DNA of 63,566 nt, counting the filler, from Sminthopsis crassicaudata (Eukaryota): NCBI RefSeq assembly GCF_048593235.1. It is 4 parts of 4 records of this genome, joined end to end, with 100 filler letters (N's around TTAATTAATTAA, not from the genome) between each part and the next. Parts side by side here need not be neighbours in the genome. Positions count along the whole stretch, not along the records: positions 1 to 29,253 come from NC_133621.1; positions 29,354 to 58,035 come from NC_133617.1; 2 more parts are not named here. One strand, given 5' to 3'. The notes under the pieces were generated by a model, which was given only the letters and a program-made list of their open reading frames with translations, searched no databases and was not told the origin of the DNA. A program made the translations under genes and the position numbers. This document shows positions 26,591 through 39,960 of this stretch, piece after piece. Position 1 is the first letter of the stretch; every line of letters starts with the position of its first letter.

Positions 26591-28247
26591 CTGGAAATGG
26601 AAAAGCTGCAATTACAGACCCTGGAGCAGGAGCACAAAAAGTTATCTGCTCGCCTTGAGGATGAACGTGGCAAAAATAAGCATGTAGTCTTAATGCTGGT
26701 CAAGGAATGCAAACAGTTATCTGGAAAAATCATAGAAGAAGCCCAGAAGCTGGAAGAAGTCATGGCCAGTCTTGAAGAGGAAAAGAAAAAGACAAATCAA
26801 TTAGAGGAAGCACTTTCTCTGGAGAAACAAAGAAGTGCCGAGATGGAAGCACAGATGGAGAAACAACTCTCTGAATTTGACACAGAGAGGGAGCAACTCC
26901 GGGCCAAGCTTAACAGAGAGGAAGCACACACGACTGACCTCAAAGAAGAGATAGACAAGATGAAAAAAATGATCGAGCAACTGAAGAGGGGGAATGACAG
27001 CAAACCGAGCCTTTCTCTTCCCCGCAAGACAAAAGACAAACGTTTGGTTTCTATATCTGTGGGAACAGAAGGACCTACATCAAGGTCGGTTGCTTGCCAA
27101 ACCGACACAGTGGTGGATAGTACTGACCATGTTAAGAAGTTGCCTTTGACTGTACCCATAAAGCCTTCAACAGCAAGTCCTCTCGTTTCTGGCAGTGCAA
27201 AAGGGAGCGCTTGCACCAATGCCACTTTTGTAAAGCCAGTTATTGACAGGCAGTCTTCCTACAGTGATTTGATTGCTCCCCTTACACCTACTATCCCATC
27301 TCCGAGTACAAACAGAATCGAGGAAAATGGACCAAGTACTGGCTCAACACCAGTTTTACCAAGTAGCACATCCCCACTTCCCAGTAATGCTGCCCCTTCC
27401 ACCTCTCCAGCACCAAGCATAGCTTCTCAGAACTATTCACTAGCTTCATCTATGCACAGTTCACATTCACCATGTGCCAATGCATCTTTGCATCCAGGTC
27501 CAAACCCACGTGTCCAAGCAGCTAGATTTAGATTTCAGGGCAATGCCAATGACCAGGACCAAAATGGAAATACTACCCAAAGCCCTCCATCAAGAGATGT
27601 CTCTCCCACGAGTCGTGACAACCTAGTAGCCAAACAGCTAGCCCGGAATACTGTAACCCAAGCACTGTCAAGATTTACAAGCCCTCAAGCAGGGACTCCA
27701 GTGAGACCTGGAGCACCCCATCCAGTAGAAGCTGGCACCTGTCCCCCTGTTGGTAGAATGAGTTTAAAGACTCCCAATGTACCAAGAGTTGACCGAGGAA
27801 ATCCTCCTCCTATCCCTCCAAAAAAGCCAGGGCTTTCCCAAACTCCTTCACCACCACACCCTCAGATCAAAGTTATTATGGATAGCAGCAGATCCTCTAA
27901 TTCAGGGGCCAAAGTTGATAACAAAACCACAGCTTCATCTCCTTCCAGTTCACCACAAGGAATTAGGGTAATAAATGAGGAAAACCTCTCTAAATCACCC
28001 TCCCCTCAGCTGCCACCAAAACCAACCATAGATTTAACTGTGGCACCTGCAGGCTGTGCCATTTCAGCCATGGCCACTTCTCAGGTGGGTGCCTGGCCTT
28101 CCGAAACCCCTGGACTGAGCCAACCTGCATGTTCAGAAAATCCCCTTGTCATTCCCACCACCATTGCCTGTAGTTCCTCCATAAACCCCGTTAGTGCCTC
28201 ATCCTGTAGACCATGTGCCTCAGACAGCCTCCTGGTAACAGCATCAG
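26591..28247 (+). CDS. CTTNBP2: CTTNBP2 coding exon 4 (coiled coil plus Pro-rich region), 1657 nt, long-isoform donor
   Basis: Acceptor ctctttcag|CTG at 26590/26591; frame continues exon 3 (RQKK|LEMEKLQLQ). Contains [50 protein letters not shown] and the cortactin-binding-type motif [10 protein letters not shown] (27803-27832). Ends LLVTAS-G|gtaaag, GT at 28248-28249, phase 1. Confidence 0.97.
28082..28090 (+). promoter_or_regulatory. CTTNBP2: Internal alternative 5' splice site in CTTNBP2 exon 4 (short-isoform donor)
   Basis: CAG|GTGGGT with GT at 28085-28086, phase 0 after ...MATSQ. Agrees with the recalled rodent short isoform ending ...ATSQAGHPP. Confidence 0.7.
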
Positions 28248-29253
28248 GTAAAGGGATTGAAATATTGCAACCTCTCCTGAGAATGTTTTCTGTCCTGTAC
28301 AATTGGTCTCTCAGTTGCTTCAACTTCCTTTACAATGTCTTGAAATCTTTCCTTTTTGATTTCAGTTGACATTTGTGATATTTTTTCTTTCTTTCCTTTT
28401 CCCTTTCTTATTTTTTCTTCTTTTATTCCTTGAAGTTTCAAGGATATGGTAATTCATCTTGCCAAATAAAATCTAGCATTCTCATAAACTTTCTTTTCTT
28501 TAAAAATAGAGATCTAAAAATAAAGCACACAGAGATGCTTGTTTGGGTCACTTGAAACAGCAGGAAAAATGAAAAGTTTTCCTTTAACACATTTATTTTG
28601 TAAGCCTTGAATTTTAGTAAGATACCTTAAATTAATATATTCTCATTTCTTTGAATTCTAAAAGTGGATTATCATGGCACTTTCCACTATTACCGATTAG
28701 AAAGTACCAACTAGACTTGTTTAGAAATTTAAATAATTCTTTTTTTATTTATTTATCTTTAATTGAAGCCTTTAATGTATTCACTTTAGGGATCTTATGA
28801 TAAGGAAATTCTTTTTACTGATGCAGATCAACAAATAATAGTATTAAAAAGTTACATGGGGGAAATGAGAGTTATGAGATTTGTCCAAGATCCCAAGCTT
28901 GTGTTAAAGGCAAAGTGTGAACTCAGTTTTTCCAAACTCTGAGGTCAATTCTGCATAATTTATTTGGAGAAGAAGTGGTATTAATGTCTTTAAATACTTA
29001 AGTTTCACTGTTTACTTCTTTATGATAACTTTATGTTTCTTTTAAAAAGAGAAATGCAACATACTTACACACTCTTGGTTTAAATTAGATTATTTTAATT
29101 GCTGTTTATCTTAATTCTTCCTAATCATTTATCACATATGGACTTCTTAATACTTTGGAATATATTAAGAAAATTCTACTTTCTGGAAAATATGTGAAGT
29201 TAAAAGAAAATTATAATTCTATCTGATCCCTTCCAAATTCATTATAGATTATT

Positions 29254-29353
29254 NNNNNNNNNNNNNNNNNNNNNNNNNNNNNNNNNNNNNNNNNNNNTTA
29301 ATTAATTAANNNNNNNNNNNNNNNNNNNNNNNNNNNNNNNNNNNNNNNNNNNN
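29254..29353. other. Artificial 100-bp scaffold join (44 N + TTAATTAATTAA + 44 N)
   Basis: Linker at 29298-29309, self-complementary, with stops in all six frames; identical geometry at three sites. Confidence 0.95.
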
Positions 29354-31015
29354 CCTACATTTCTATAATGTTCCTCATCTTTACTTCTCTCTCCTTGCAT
29401 CCATCACTCTCTTATAGGCTCACATTAAGTGTCACATCATACAGAAGAATTCTCCTGATTCACAAAGTAATTAGTGCTGCCTTGCCTCACACCCAATTAT
29501 CTTTTATATATTTGTGTGTAATTTATGTATACTTACTTATTTATACATGTGTTGTTTTCTTCTAGTAGCTCTTTGAATGCAGGCAATGTTTCATTTTTGC
29601 CTTTGTATTCCTATTATCTAGTACAATGACTGGTACAAAAGGGACATATATAAATGTATCGAATTAAAATTCTACTGTGGAATACAACACGCAAACAAAC
29701 AAACATTAAACACCTACTATATATAAGCACAGTAGGATAGAGTGAGCATTAGGTAGAAAAGCTAAACAGTCCTTGCCCTTGAGAAGTTTAAATTTACTAG
29801 GCAAGATAAAACATGTTCATAAATATTATACACAGGATAAGTACAAAATAAATACACAAGGATTGGAATGGCTTATACTTACAAATTAGTAAATCGAGAA
29901 AGGACACTGGAAGGAGTTGATATATGTACTGAGACTTGAACAGAGATTGTGAAACAAGAAATAGAAGTGAGGATGACCAATATCAGCAAAGCAGGTTAGC
30001 AACAATACAAAAACCAAAGGTTAAGAGAATATCTAGGAGGGAGTAATTAATTTTGTCAAATATTGAAAATGTAGTTAGGATTAGTACTGAGACAAAAGCA
30101 TTGAATTTAGCATTGTAAAGACCTTTGATTATATAGGAAAGAGCAGATTTAGTTGAGTAGTAAAGAAATAGGATTGCAAAGGGCTGAAAAGTAAATTGGA
30201 GACAAAAAAGTAGAAGCAATGGGCATAGGTTATCTTTTTCTAGTAATTTGGTTATCAAAGGGATGTGAGATCAATAAAGATTGATGAAGTAGGTGGTAGC
30301 ATCAAGCTAAAGTATCATATTAATAAACATGTAGGATTCAGGAATGTTTATAATTAACAGGGAAAGAAATAGTACGCAAGGATGTGCTGAAAATAATTAA
30401 GGAGAGTAAGGGACTAAAGTAAAAAAGAAAAGCAATGGCATAAAAAAACATAAATGAAGGACATTAAGAAGGATCTTATTCTTCAAGACTAGAGCAAAGG
30501 AGAGAAAGGTATGGGATGAAGATACTGAGTTGATTCAAAGTTTTGAATTGTGAAGGAGAGAAAAACCTGAAATAGATGGCTTCAATTTTTTTTTTTTTCA
30601 GTAAAGTATGAAGCAAAGTTTTGTATTGAGGGAAAAGCAGTAGAGATGATGTTAGTTCCTTGAGGAAGTAAAAGAAATCTGGAACAACTACAATTCAGAG
30701 AAGAATAAAAAGCATCAAGAAAGAGTAAAAAGACAAATGTATGGCAATAAATAGTGAGTTAAGATTGAATAACATAGGGGAGCCAAGATGTCAGAGTAAG
30801 TAGTAAATCACTGCAATAAATCTTTCCTATTTACCTGCAAACGACTATAAAATAGTGTACCAAAACAAATCCTGGAAAGAACAGAAGTAGCAAAATAGAT
30901 GGGGTGAAACCATCTATTAACCCAAGAATTTTGGAAGATCATCAAGAAAGGTCTACTACATTTTCTCATACTCATTGGTTTATTTAAAGGCAGCCAATCA
31001 AACCCCACCTTCCTT

Positions 31016-31047
<32 letters not shown>

Positions 31048-31159
31048 CTGTGAGGAGATCAAAACAGTCCTGATAATTCAAAGGTTAAAAAGGGGGATAA
31101 GAGGAAGGGGAGGAGAAAGAGTAATAGAGTAATTCCTGTTTTTAAATTCATACATCAGA

Positions 31160-31400
31160 GCAGCTAAGGGATACAGTGTTGACTCTAAAGTCAGGAAGAC
31201 TCATCTTTCTAAGTTCAAATCTAGCTTTAGACTTTCTAGCTATGTAACTCAGGATAAGATATTTAATCCTGTTTACCTCACTTTCTCCTCTGTAAAATTA
31301 GCTGAAGAAGGAAATTGCAAACCAATTCATCATCTTTGCCAAGAACACTCCAAATGGGATCACAAAGAATCAGAAATGACTGAAATGAGAGAACAAGGAC
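31160..31400 (+). mobile_element. Mar1-like CORE-SINE
   Basis: gcagctaag...agtcaggaagactc...ctttgccaagaacactccaaatggg. Confidence 0.78.
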
Positions 31401-34400
31401 AAAAACTATACTGACACAATTAACATGAAATAAAATCATTCTATAACATTCATGATATTTTTTCTAATTTGCACATCAACTGAGTCATCAGATCTTCTAC
31501 ATGAAAAGCCAATAAGGGGATTATCTATTACTTTAAAGTATTTAAGGCTTTTGAAATGCTACATCTTTAGTTCTAGATAACACTGGGCTAGAAAGAAAGC
31601 TCCAAGGTCCATTTTTTGTTAGACAGCTACTATAGATTAATTCATTTGCTAGAAAAAGAAATATTGTATTTAAAATTTCAAGAAATGGTGGTATATTATT
31701 AGTGCTCCCATTTATCAGTTTTATCATTCTAAGCAAGTCACTTAATATTTCATGTCCTTATTTTCCTTAACTCTAAAATAAGAGGTAGAGAATAGAATAT
31801 TATAATGTAGAAAATAGCTATTTGTGTTTGTGTTGCACTTTAAAGTTTACAGACTTAAATTTTTTTCCAACTCTAAAAGGCTAGAGTTTAAAGAGTGCTT
31901 CTTATTTTGAAACTAACCTTCCTGATACTTTTCACACTATTTTTTAAAGAAACAAAGAATATCAACTTTCACACTGGAGTCAATGGGGTCTAGCTGTTTG
32001 CTTTAGCTTTAAGAGTTAGATTGCAGTAATTTCATTTGGTGCCTAGTATTTCTGAGATTTAACTCTCATTCACTTTCACTAGACTATTAAATATTAAAGA
32101 AGTTAGGATTTGCTGAAGTTTTCTGCTGGACATAGAAATGTTCATTTAAAAGGTCAATGAAGTACTAGAGAGTCAAGAAAAAATATTCAATCTTAGTTTG
32201 CAAGAAAGTTTTGTTGACTATACTCACCTAGCCACATGATAGATAAAGAAACTTTAATTTATCTGGATCCAACTTTACACACACACAGAGAATTCTGGAT
32301 CATTTTACCTCCTACCAGTCTCGTTTTTTTTTTTTTCCTCATATACACAGTGAGAAAATTGAACTAAATAGCTTCTAAAATCTATTTCATACCTACATTT
32401 CTAATTCTAACATCTTATACCAAAGTCTGGAAATGATATTTGAAGTCATCTAATTCAACTTCCTTATCATATTAGATGGAGAAACTGAGTTCCAGAATGG
32501 ATTGTCCAAGCTAATCTTTTATCCTTTCATTTTACATATATTTGATTGATTTTCATTACTTTTAAAAGGTTTAATAGATATTTAAGTGACTTTCATTTTT
32601 TAATATCCTGCTCTAACCTTCCCTATGCAGGAGAGAAATTTCTTGTTACAAAGAATATGATAGAAGGGGAGGAAGAGGGGAGAAAAAGCATTTCACCAAA
32701 ACATCAACCAACTTTGAAAGCATATGTAATGTTCAATGCCCATAGTTCCTCCACCCCCACAAATACAGGAAAGCAATATGTTTTTGTTTTTGTTTTTTTT
32801 TTTCATTTCTCATCTTGGTACAAAAGTAATCCTTAACATTATATAGCATTCAGATTTATTTTTAACTTTTCATGTATATTATTCCAGTTATTGTGTATAT
32901 TTCTTAATTCTGCCCCATTCACTCTATATCAGTTCATATGTCTTCCATTTTGTATTTTTGTGCTTTCTACAAATCCATTTCTTATTGTTCAGCAACATTC
33001 CATTACATTCACAAATGTAATGTAATTCATTAACTCACTGCATTCAATGGCCAGTTTGTTTATTCATTCCCCAATTAATGAGCACTTACTTACTTAATTT
33101 CTGCCAAACTGTTTTTGTATTTTCTTAAATGTCCTTGTCAAATCAAGAGTTCTTTGAGGAATTTATGTTCTCTGGTTATTCAAGAACGGGGTTATTAATT
33201 CTGATTGTTTCAGATTCTCTCTTCTCTGGTTAATTCCACTAATTTCTTTTTTCTTTCTTTCTTTTTTTTTTAACCAGTAACAAGTAATCACTATCTCTTA
33301 ATAAGAAATTGCTCATTTTACTATTTTATCACATTTAGAGGGCAAAATAACAAAACTCCAGTTACTTTCCTCAGATAGGATTGCATGAGAGGTTTGCATT
33401 GTCTCAACAATACCTATTTTGATTTCTTAATGATCTACATCTTTGCCTCAGCTCATTTAAATCCTTTTTATCCAAGTTCTCCTATCTTTTCTTACAAGAA
33501 TTTTGTGAAATAGATAATTCTAACACTTGAGAAAAAGGTCTCAGATAGCATTTCTTCATGTAGTTTCTTATTTGAAAATGAGAGGGTAATTTTGAATCAA
33601 CCCCAAGTCATAAATTCCTCAGGAGAAAGACTAACATGATCTCCAAGGAAGTCAATAAAAACCAGGCCCTTTCTTTTTTTAGATAAGAATTTTATTTTTA
33701 TTTAATAATTTTTTTAATTTGCTTTTGGGTTGAGAAAGGCAATTCAAGCAATCAGGAAAAGCTCTTATTGAGTAATAAGCAAGAAATAATATTTGTTAAA
33801 CTTTGTAAAATATCTCTTATTTGTCACATTTGAAGAATTTTAAATTGGAAGCAATTTTAATTTTTATCTGAATATGTGGAACATAAGATCATGTGACATT
33901 AAGTATTTTGATATTCTTTCTGTATAGCACTAGGGGGAGAAAGATATGAACAATGCTTTTTCCTCCCAAAGATCCCAGAAGATTGTTCTGGATTGGCATT
34001 TTGAATGGTAGATCCTAAATGGTCTTAGGAATTCACAGAAGATGGATGTCAGTTAACATATAACAGGACAATAAAGGCCATTTGGACCTGGACTATTAAA
34101 AATGTGTAAAATTCAAAATAAAAAAAGAGAGGAAGGAAGAGGGGAAAAGAGTAGAATAATGGGGAAGAATAGTAGACAGAAAAGAAAGGGTGGAAAGAAA
34201 AGAGAGTATAAAATTCTAATCTATTATGTTTGCCAGCATGTTTCCATACCAAACACTGACTTCTACAGGAATTCAGTCTTTTCTTATTAGGCAGGGAAAT
34301 GAGCAGAGCAGATATAGACCTCTTTAATCTATAACATCCTAACTATTTAGCCACTGTCATTGAATAGATGAATGACACTTCCACTCATCCCTAACCTCAA

Positions 34401-35067
34401 CAGTGGTTTTAATACCGCAGAGAAGATGTTTCCACCACAGCCAAATTAATCCATTTTTTAAAAATTAATAGATTTGTATTGATATATTTAAAGCCCCTGT
34501 CAGTCTCTCTGCAGCCTGCCAAATCATGTGTTAAATATAAGAATAGAACTAAACATTTAAAACTCATCAGACTGTACTAAATGAGCTAAAATTGAGGAAA
34601 GAAAGACATCTGATAGGAGACAGGAAAGAGAAACTGAATTAGCCAGGTCTCTCTGACCTTGCAAAGTTAGAATAGTTTATATCAGCTTTATTGATTAGAA
34701 GCCTTAAATTGGTCTCCATTGGTAGCTGCTATGCTTATTTTAATACTCAACCAGTAAGAAACTCAGATATTGTTAATGACCCTCAAATTTACCATAACAG
34801 CAAAAGAAATAAAGTATATCTTTCTTTTCTCCTTCTATAATACTGGAATAGCAAGATAATCCAGAAAAAAGAGAACCTGAATTTTCCCAAGATTCTTTGT
34901 TAATATGTCTAAATGACAGTCAAACTTTTAGATTTAACAGTCAACAGGAGCCCTTCTGAAATATTATAAATGGATTACACTGTGCATGTCATCTCAAATG
35001 CTTCAGTACATCTCACCAGTTCTCCCTAAACCTGCTTCTATCTCTCTTCAAGAAAGAAAAATAAGGA

Positions 35068-35215
35068 GGGGGGGGAGCTAGGTGGCACAGTGAATGCAGC
35101 CCCAGCCCTGAAGTCAGGACCACCTGAGTTCAAATCTGGTCTTGGACACTTACCACTGCCTAACTTTGTGACCCTGGGCAAGTCACTTAACCCCAAGTGA
35201 AAAAAAAAAAAAAAG
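35068..35215 (+). mobile_element. WSINE1-like tRNA-derived CORE-SINE
   Basis: ggagctaggtggcacagtg (A box), gagttcaaatc (B box), CORE tgtgaccctgggcaagtcacttaacc, A tail. Confidence 0.88.
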
Positions 35216-36244
35216 AAAGGAAAAAATATGTGGGTATGTGGGTGTGTTTTGGGTCTTGATAAAAAAAGGGACTTTTTCTTAAGAGCCAAATCTAGGCTTA
35301 TTTTCAAATTTGCATTTAAGTCTCAAATCACATCATTAGCTTGTTATATTAAGTCAAACTATCAATTATTTATTAAGTGTACCAGGAAAAATGCAGAGAA
35401 ATATGAAAAGATCCAGTTTCTGCCCTTGAGGAACTTATAATATAGCTAAAGGGTAAAGATTCACATACATGAAACAAATGAGAAATATGGCAAAATATGA
35501 TTGAAAAATTTTGTTATATAGACAGTTTTTTCCCAAATAGAAAGTTAAGTAACATTAGTTGTTAGATCTGGTGATATTCTATGCATATTCTACACACATG
35601 TTCCTCTTAATTGATCTAAATATAACAGAAAAGTGGTATAATGGAAGAATTCAGCACTTAGTGACCAACTATGTGATCATAACTTTTCTTCTCTTAACTA
35701 GTTTGGTACATTAGGACCTACCTCAATCTTTTTTCTGGCTTAAGAGGGCCTACTTGAGCTTGCTTTCCAATGTCATAGGTCTTCTACAACCTATATTCTC
35801 TATCAGACAAAAATAGGGTAGCAGAATAGAACTTTAGTCAAGAATAACAAATCTGGAGTAGTCCTTCAAATACTCAAAGATGACTGGTTTGTTCTCCTAA
35901 CTCTTCTCCAGGCTAAAACATTTTTTTAAAAGATTTAATTTAATAAACATTTATTAAGTGCCTATTTTGCAGTACTGCCTTAAATTAAATTAAATAGAGA
36001 TTAAATAAATAGAGAAATAAATAAATAATCTCTACATGCTTACAATCTAATGGAGGAAGACAAAAAACAAAAGGAAATCAGAACTGTGGGGCACCAGGGA
36101 TCGTTTTGTTTCGTTAATTTGAAACAGAGCTTACAGATGAAAATGTACTGAGTTTCAAATACAAATGCTGCACTCTACATAGAAAGAGTTAGAAAGGGGT
36201 ATAATGCCACTCAGCAGCCCTCCAATTTATCCAGTTTCTTCAAC

Positions 36245-36278
<34 letters not shown>

Positions 36279-36383
36279 GTAGATATGTAGAGAGAGAGAG
36301 ATGTATGTACATATGTGTATATGTAGATGCACATGTATGTGTAAATGTATATTGCATAATACATGTATTTATATTTATTTTTG

Positions 36384-36417
<34 letters not shown>

Positions 36418-36420
36418 TTT
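36245..36420. repeat. Compound (TA)n/(AG)n/(CA)n microsatellite; a separate (TA)17 at 36684-36717
   Basis: Read directly. Confidence 0.92.
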
Positions 36421-36682
36421 GTAACAAATAGTAGATATAGATAAAAATAGATGATTTAGGTATAGATGATATCTCAAAGTATTTTGACATTTCTAATTTC
36501 TTCTTTCTTTTCTCTTTCTTTTTTAGTTAATCAATATCTTTCCTAAAATGTGATACCCCGTACCCGGGCAGAGTATGATGGGACTGTCACATCTATATTG
36601 TTGTACCCTATATTTCTCTTAATGTAGCTTTATACGATAATAATATTAGCTTTTAGAGGTCTGCTGCACCATAATGTTGGTG

Positions 36683-36720
<38 letters not shown>

Positions 36721-36859
36721 CATTTTAAGCTTTAAACTAATATAGAAATGAGCATTGTTATTATTAATAGTACCTTATTTTGAACTTGTAATCCATTAAA
36801 AGTCAGATTTTTTTTCATATGAACTGTGAACATTTTTCTTATGAATATATGGCTGTGAA

Positions 36860-37110
36860 GGCTACTAAATGATCCTAATGGATAGAGCACTGGACTTGGA
36901 ATCAGGAAGACTCATTACATGAATTCAACTCTGTCCTCAGATACTCACTAGCTATGTGTTCCGGGGCAAGGCACTTAACCCTATTTGCTTCAGTTCCTCA
37001 TCTGTAAAATAAGCTGGGGAAGGAAATGGCAAACCACTCCAGTATCTTTTCCAAGAAAACCCCAAAAGGGATCATAAAAAGTCCGACAACTGAAAAATGA
37101 CCAAACAAAA
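36860..37110 (+). mobile_element. Mar1-like CORE-SINE
   Basis: ggatagagcactggacttggaatcaggaagactc...gaaggaaatggcaaaccactccagtatc. Confidence 0.82.
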
Positions 37111-38160
37111 AGCTGCCTGTGATGGGCATATTTTCCATATCTCATACATTTGAAATGTGGGAGGCTTCTTGCCCAAATATTCTTCTCAATAGCTTTCCAG
37201 GGCATCTAAAATTCTATCATATGAAGACATTTTCATCACAAAAACAAAGAAAAAGTCAATATCAGAGAGGGAGACATAAGAGATCGCAAAGAATACTTCA
37301 GGGTATCAGCAGTAACCAGAACATCGCTTGCTAAGTGGCAATTAATTGTACTTGCACTTCCAATGAAGAATGATTATGGGAATGGGATTGGTCGGGTAAT
37401 ACTAACCTATTCTTGGTAGTGAGGTGAGCACTTATAAAATGACATTTGGGGAAATATCTGTGAAGCCTGGGAGACTCAAAATAACTGAGGTATTTCCTCC
37501 TTAATCTTGTCTTTTTGTGTCACATTACAAAGGTATGGCTTCAAAATAATATTCTTGTATATCTGTGGTAAGTACACCACTATGGCTTATGCTGTTTTTG
37601 AGCCTACCATATAACATACTCCAGAATTTGAGAAATTTCACATATGATGAAGGCTGTGGTCAGATCCAGCTTTGTACATCTTGTAACAATAGAGGCAGCA
37701 AGGCATCCTAGGCCCTAGTAGAGCATTGCATTTGGAACAGGGAAATCTGAGCCTTGAGCACTACCTCAGATCCTTACTAGCAATGGTAGGCTGAACAAAT
37801 CATCTCAAATTTCTCCTCTATGGGATGTGCACAATATTACAAACATATTCAAAGTGCTTTATAAACCTTAAAATGCTATGTAAATGTCAGCTATTGTTAT
37901 TATCATTATTATTTTAGGTAAACTTACCCATTACTTTAAAGAAGAGGGCCTGGAAGTGGTCATTAAACTTTTGTAGGACTCAATCATTTCCACCTTGAAG
38001 ATTTGTGTGATTTCCAAAATTCTTTGTTAAAATTCAAGTACACTAGGGATAGCAAGGTAATCTATTAATACTTCATTAGAATTTTGTTCCATCAAGCTAC
38101 TTTCCAAAAGTTTCATCTAGGAAAGTATTATGACTTCCAAGACATATGCTGGAGGTGATG

Positions 38161-38321
38161 NNNNNNNNNNNNNNNNNNNNNNNNNNNNNNNNNNNNNNNN
38201 NNNNNNNNNNNNNNNNNNNNNNNNNNNNNNNNNNNNNNNNNNNNNNNNNNNNNNNNNNNNNNNNNNNNNNNNNNNNNNNNNNNNNNNNNNNNNNNNNNNN
38301 NNNNNNNNNNNNNNNNNNNNN
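38161..38321. other. Assembly gap, 161 N
   Basis: N run without linker. Confidence 0.95.
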
Positions 38322-39704
38322 TAGGATATAGACTGGGAAAGGGAGCTCTAAATTAATGCAGAAAAGCCCAGAAACAAAAATGACCAAAGCCAAACTTCAA
38401 CAACCTCAGCTTGTGACAAAGTCTATGAACTCAAAGTGGAATTGTTTAGATTATCTCTTTATGCAATTCTTGTTAATGGTGAAGATGAATTCAGCCAATG
38501 TCAAAAGGCTGTATTCTTAAACTTCACTTCTACACTAGCAAGAAATGACCTTTCTTCTTCCCAAAAAGGTTAATAATATCTTACATTTTCTTTGTTTGAA
38601 GAGGTTGAGTAGTTGTGTTTTTAATTTTACATTTGTTTGTATATATGTGTATGTGTATGCATTTCCTTCCCTCCTCAATAGACACCATATTGGCTTTATC
38701 AACTTGAAGCATGGATAAATGTAATTGAAAACAAGCTTATTATTAGCATAGCACTTTGCAATATGGTGTTGAAAACACCAGAGTAAATTAAGAGGTAGCT
38801 GTACAGATTGGAAGCATTTGTTCTGAAAAATGAAGGCCAAGGAGAGTGCTTATCTGTGAAAAAGTTAATATTTTGGAATTTGGTCTAATATAGAGAAGAG
38901 AGTTTTTAGAGAAACTATCTGTGCCATGCTATTGTGTGGCTTCAGGAAAGCCAGCTGTAAAGAAGAAATTCAATTGAATTTTCTGGAGAGTTATGATAGG
39001 AAGAATAAAATCACAAGATCAGCTCTATCCATGAGAACTCAGATTTTCGGCTACCGCATATATGGATAAAATAATTTAAGTTATGCATTACCATAGCATA
39101 GTAAAAGGTGAGGACTTTTAAGCCCTGGTTAAGCTTCAATCTGCCACTAACCTATGCACATGTTACTCAACTTCTCAGTTTATTAAATTCCTCATCTGGA
39201 AAATGATGAAATTTGGATTAGTTGATTTTAAATATTCCTTCTTGTTCTGGCATTTGATAATCCCAGATCAATTCCCCTCTCTCAGCAATAGTTTCCTGTT
39301 AGGTCAAATGAGAATAATAATATTTGTCCCACCTCTTTCACAGACTCTCTGAGAGAATGCAATAATATAATTGTAGTATAGAAGAAAGACTACTGTATTT
39401 AAAATCAAAAGACCTGATTTTAACTCTGATGTTTATTAATTAAGGAAGTCACTTATTCATTCTTTCAATTGAGATGAGGTTTTTTTCCTAATTATCAAAT
39501 AAAATATTCTCAAAAGACAAAATATTTGTGGAGGACAATGTATTTGAGAATTTTAAAACATTATATGCAAAAGTGCCAAATATATTCAATGTAGGTTCTA
39601 AAAAAGATCTGGATAAAGAGTCAGGAGACCTCATTAGCTGTATGACTTTCAAAAAGTCATCAGACTTCTCTAAAGTGGGAGGGTCTTGTTTGTTTGTTTT
39701 TCAG

Positions 39705-39960
39705 AAGCAATTGGCAATGTGGTAAATAGAATGCTGGTCACAGAGTCAGGAAGATCGAAATTCAGGATTTCATACAATTACTTGCTATGTAACCTTATAT
39801 GAGTCACTTGACACTTGTCTGCCTCAGTTTCTTCAAATATAAAATGGGAGTAAAAATAGCACATACTTCCTAGGGTTATTATGAGAATCAAAAGAGACAA
39901 TGTTAGTAAAGTACTTAACATAATGCCTGGCATATAGTAAGTGCTTAATAAATGTTTTTC
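39705..39960 (+). mobile_element. Near full-length MIR-family SINE
   Basis: gagtcaggaaga...gtcacttga...cctcagtttcttc...tagggttattatgag...gtgcttaataaatg. Other MIR remnants near 22310-22560 and 25715-25910. Confidence 0.75.

Noticed and set aside
26591-28247. Assignment to paralog CTTNBP2NL
   Set aside because: The sequence follows CTTNBP2 (RQKK|[14 protein letters not shown]...LLVTASG) and lacks the extra VILDLEEE-type exon and the C-terminus of CTTNBP2NL.
26797-28323. Antisense and alternative-frame ORFs over exon 4 (142, 80 and 64 aa)
   Set aside because: Shadow frames of a long coding exon.
29298-29309. Recurring TTAATTAATTAA as a biological repeat or CRISPR-like direct repeat
   Set aside because: Always centred in exactly 44+44 N; an assembly linker.
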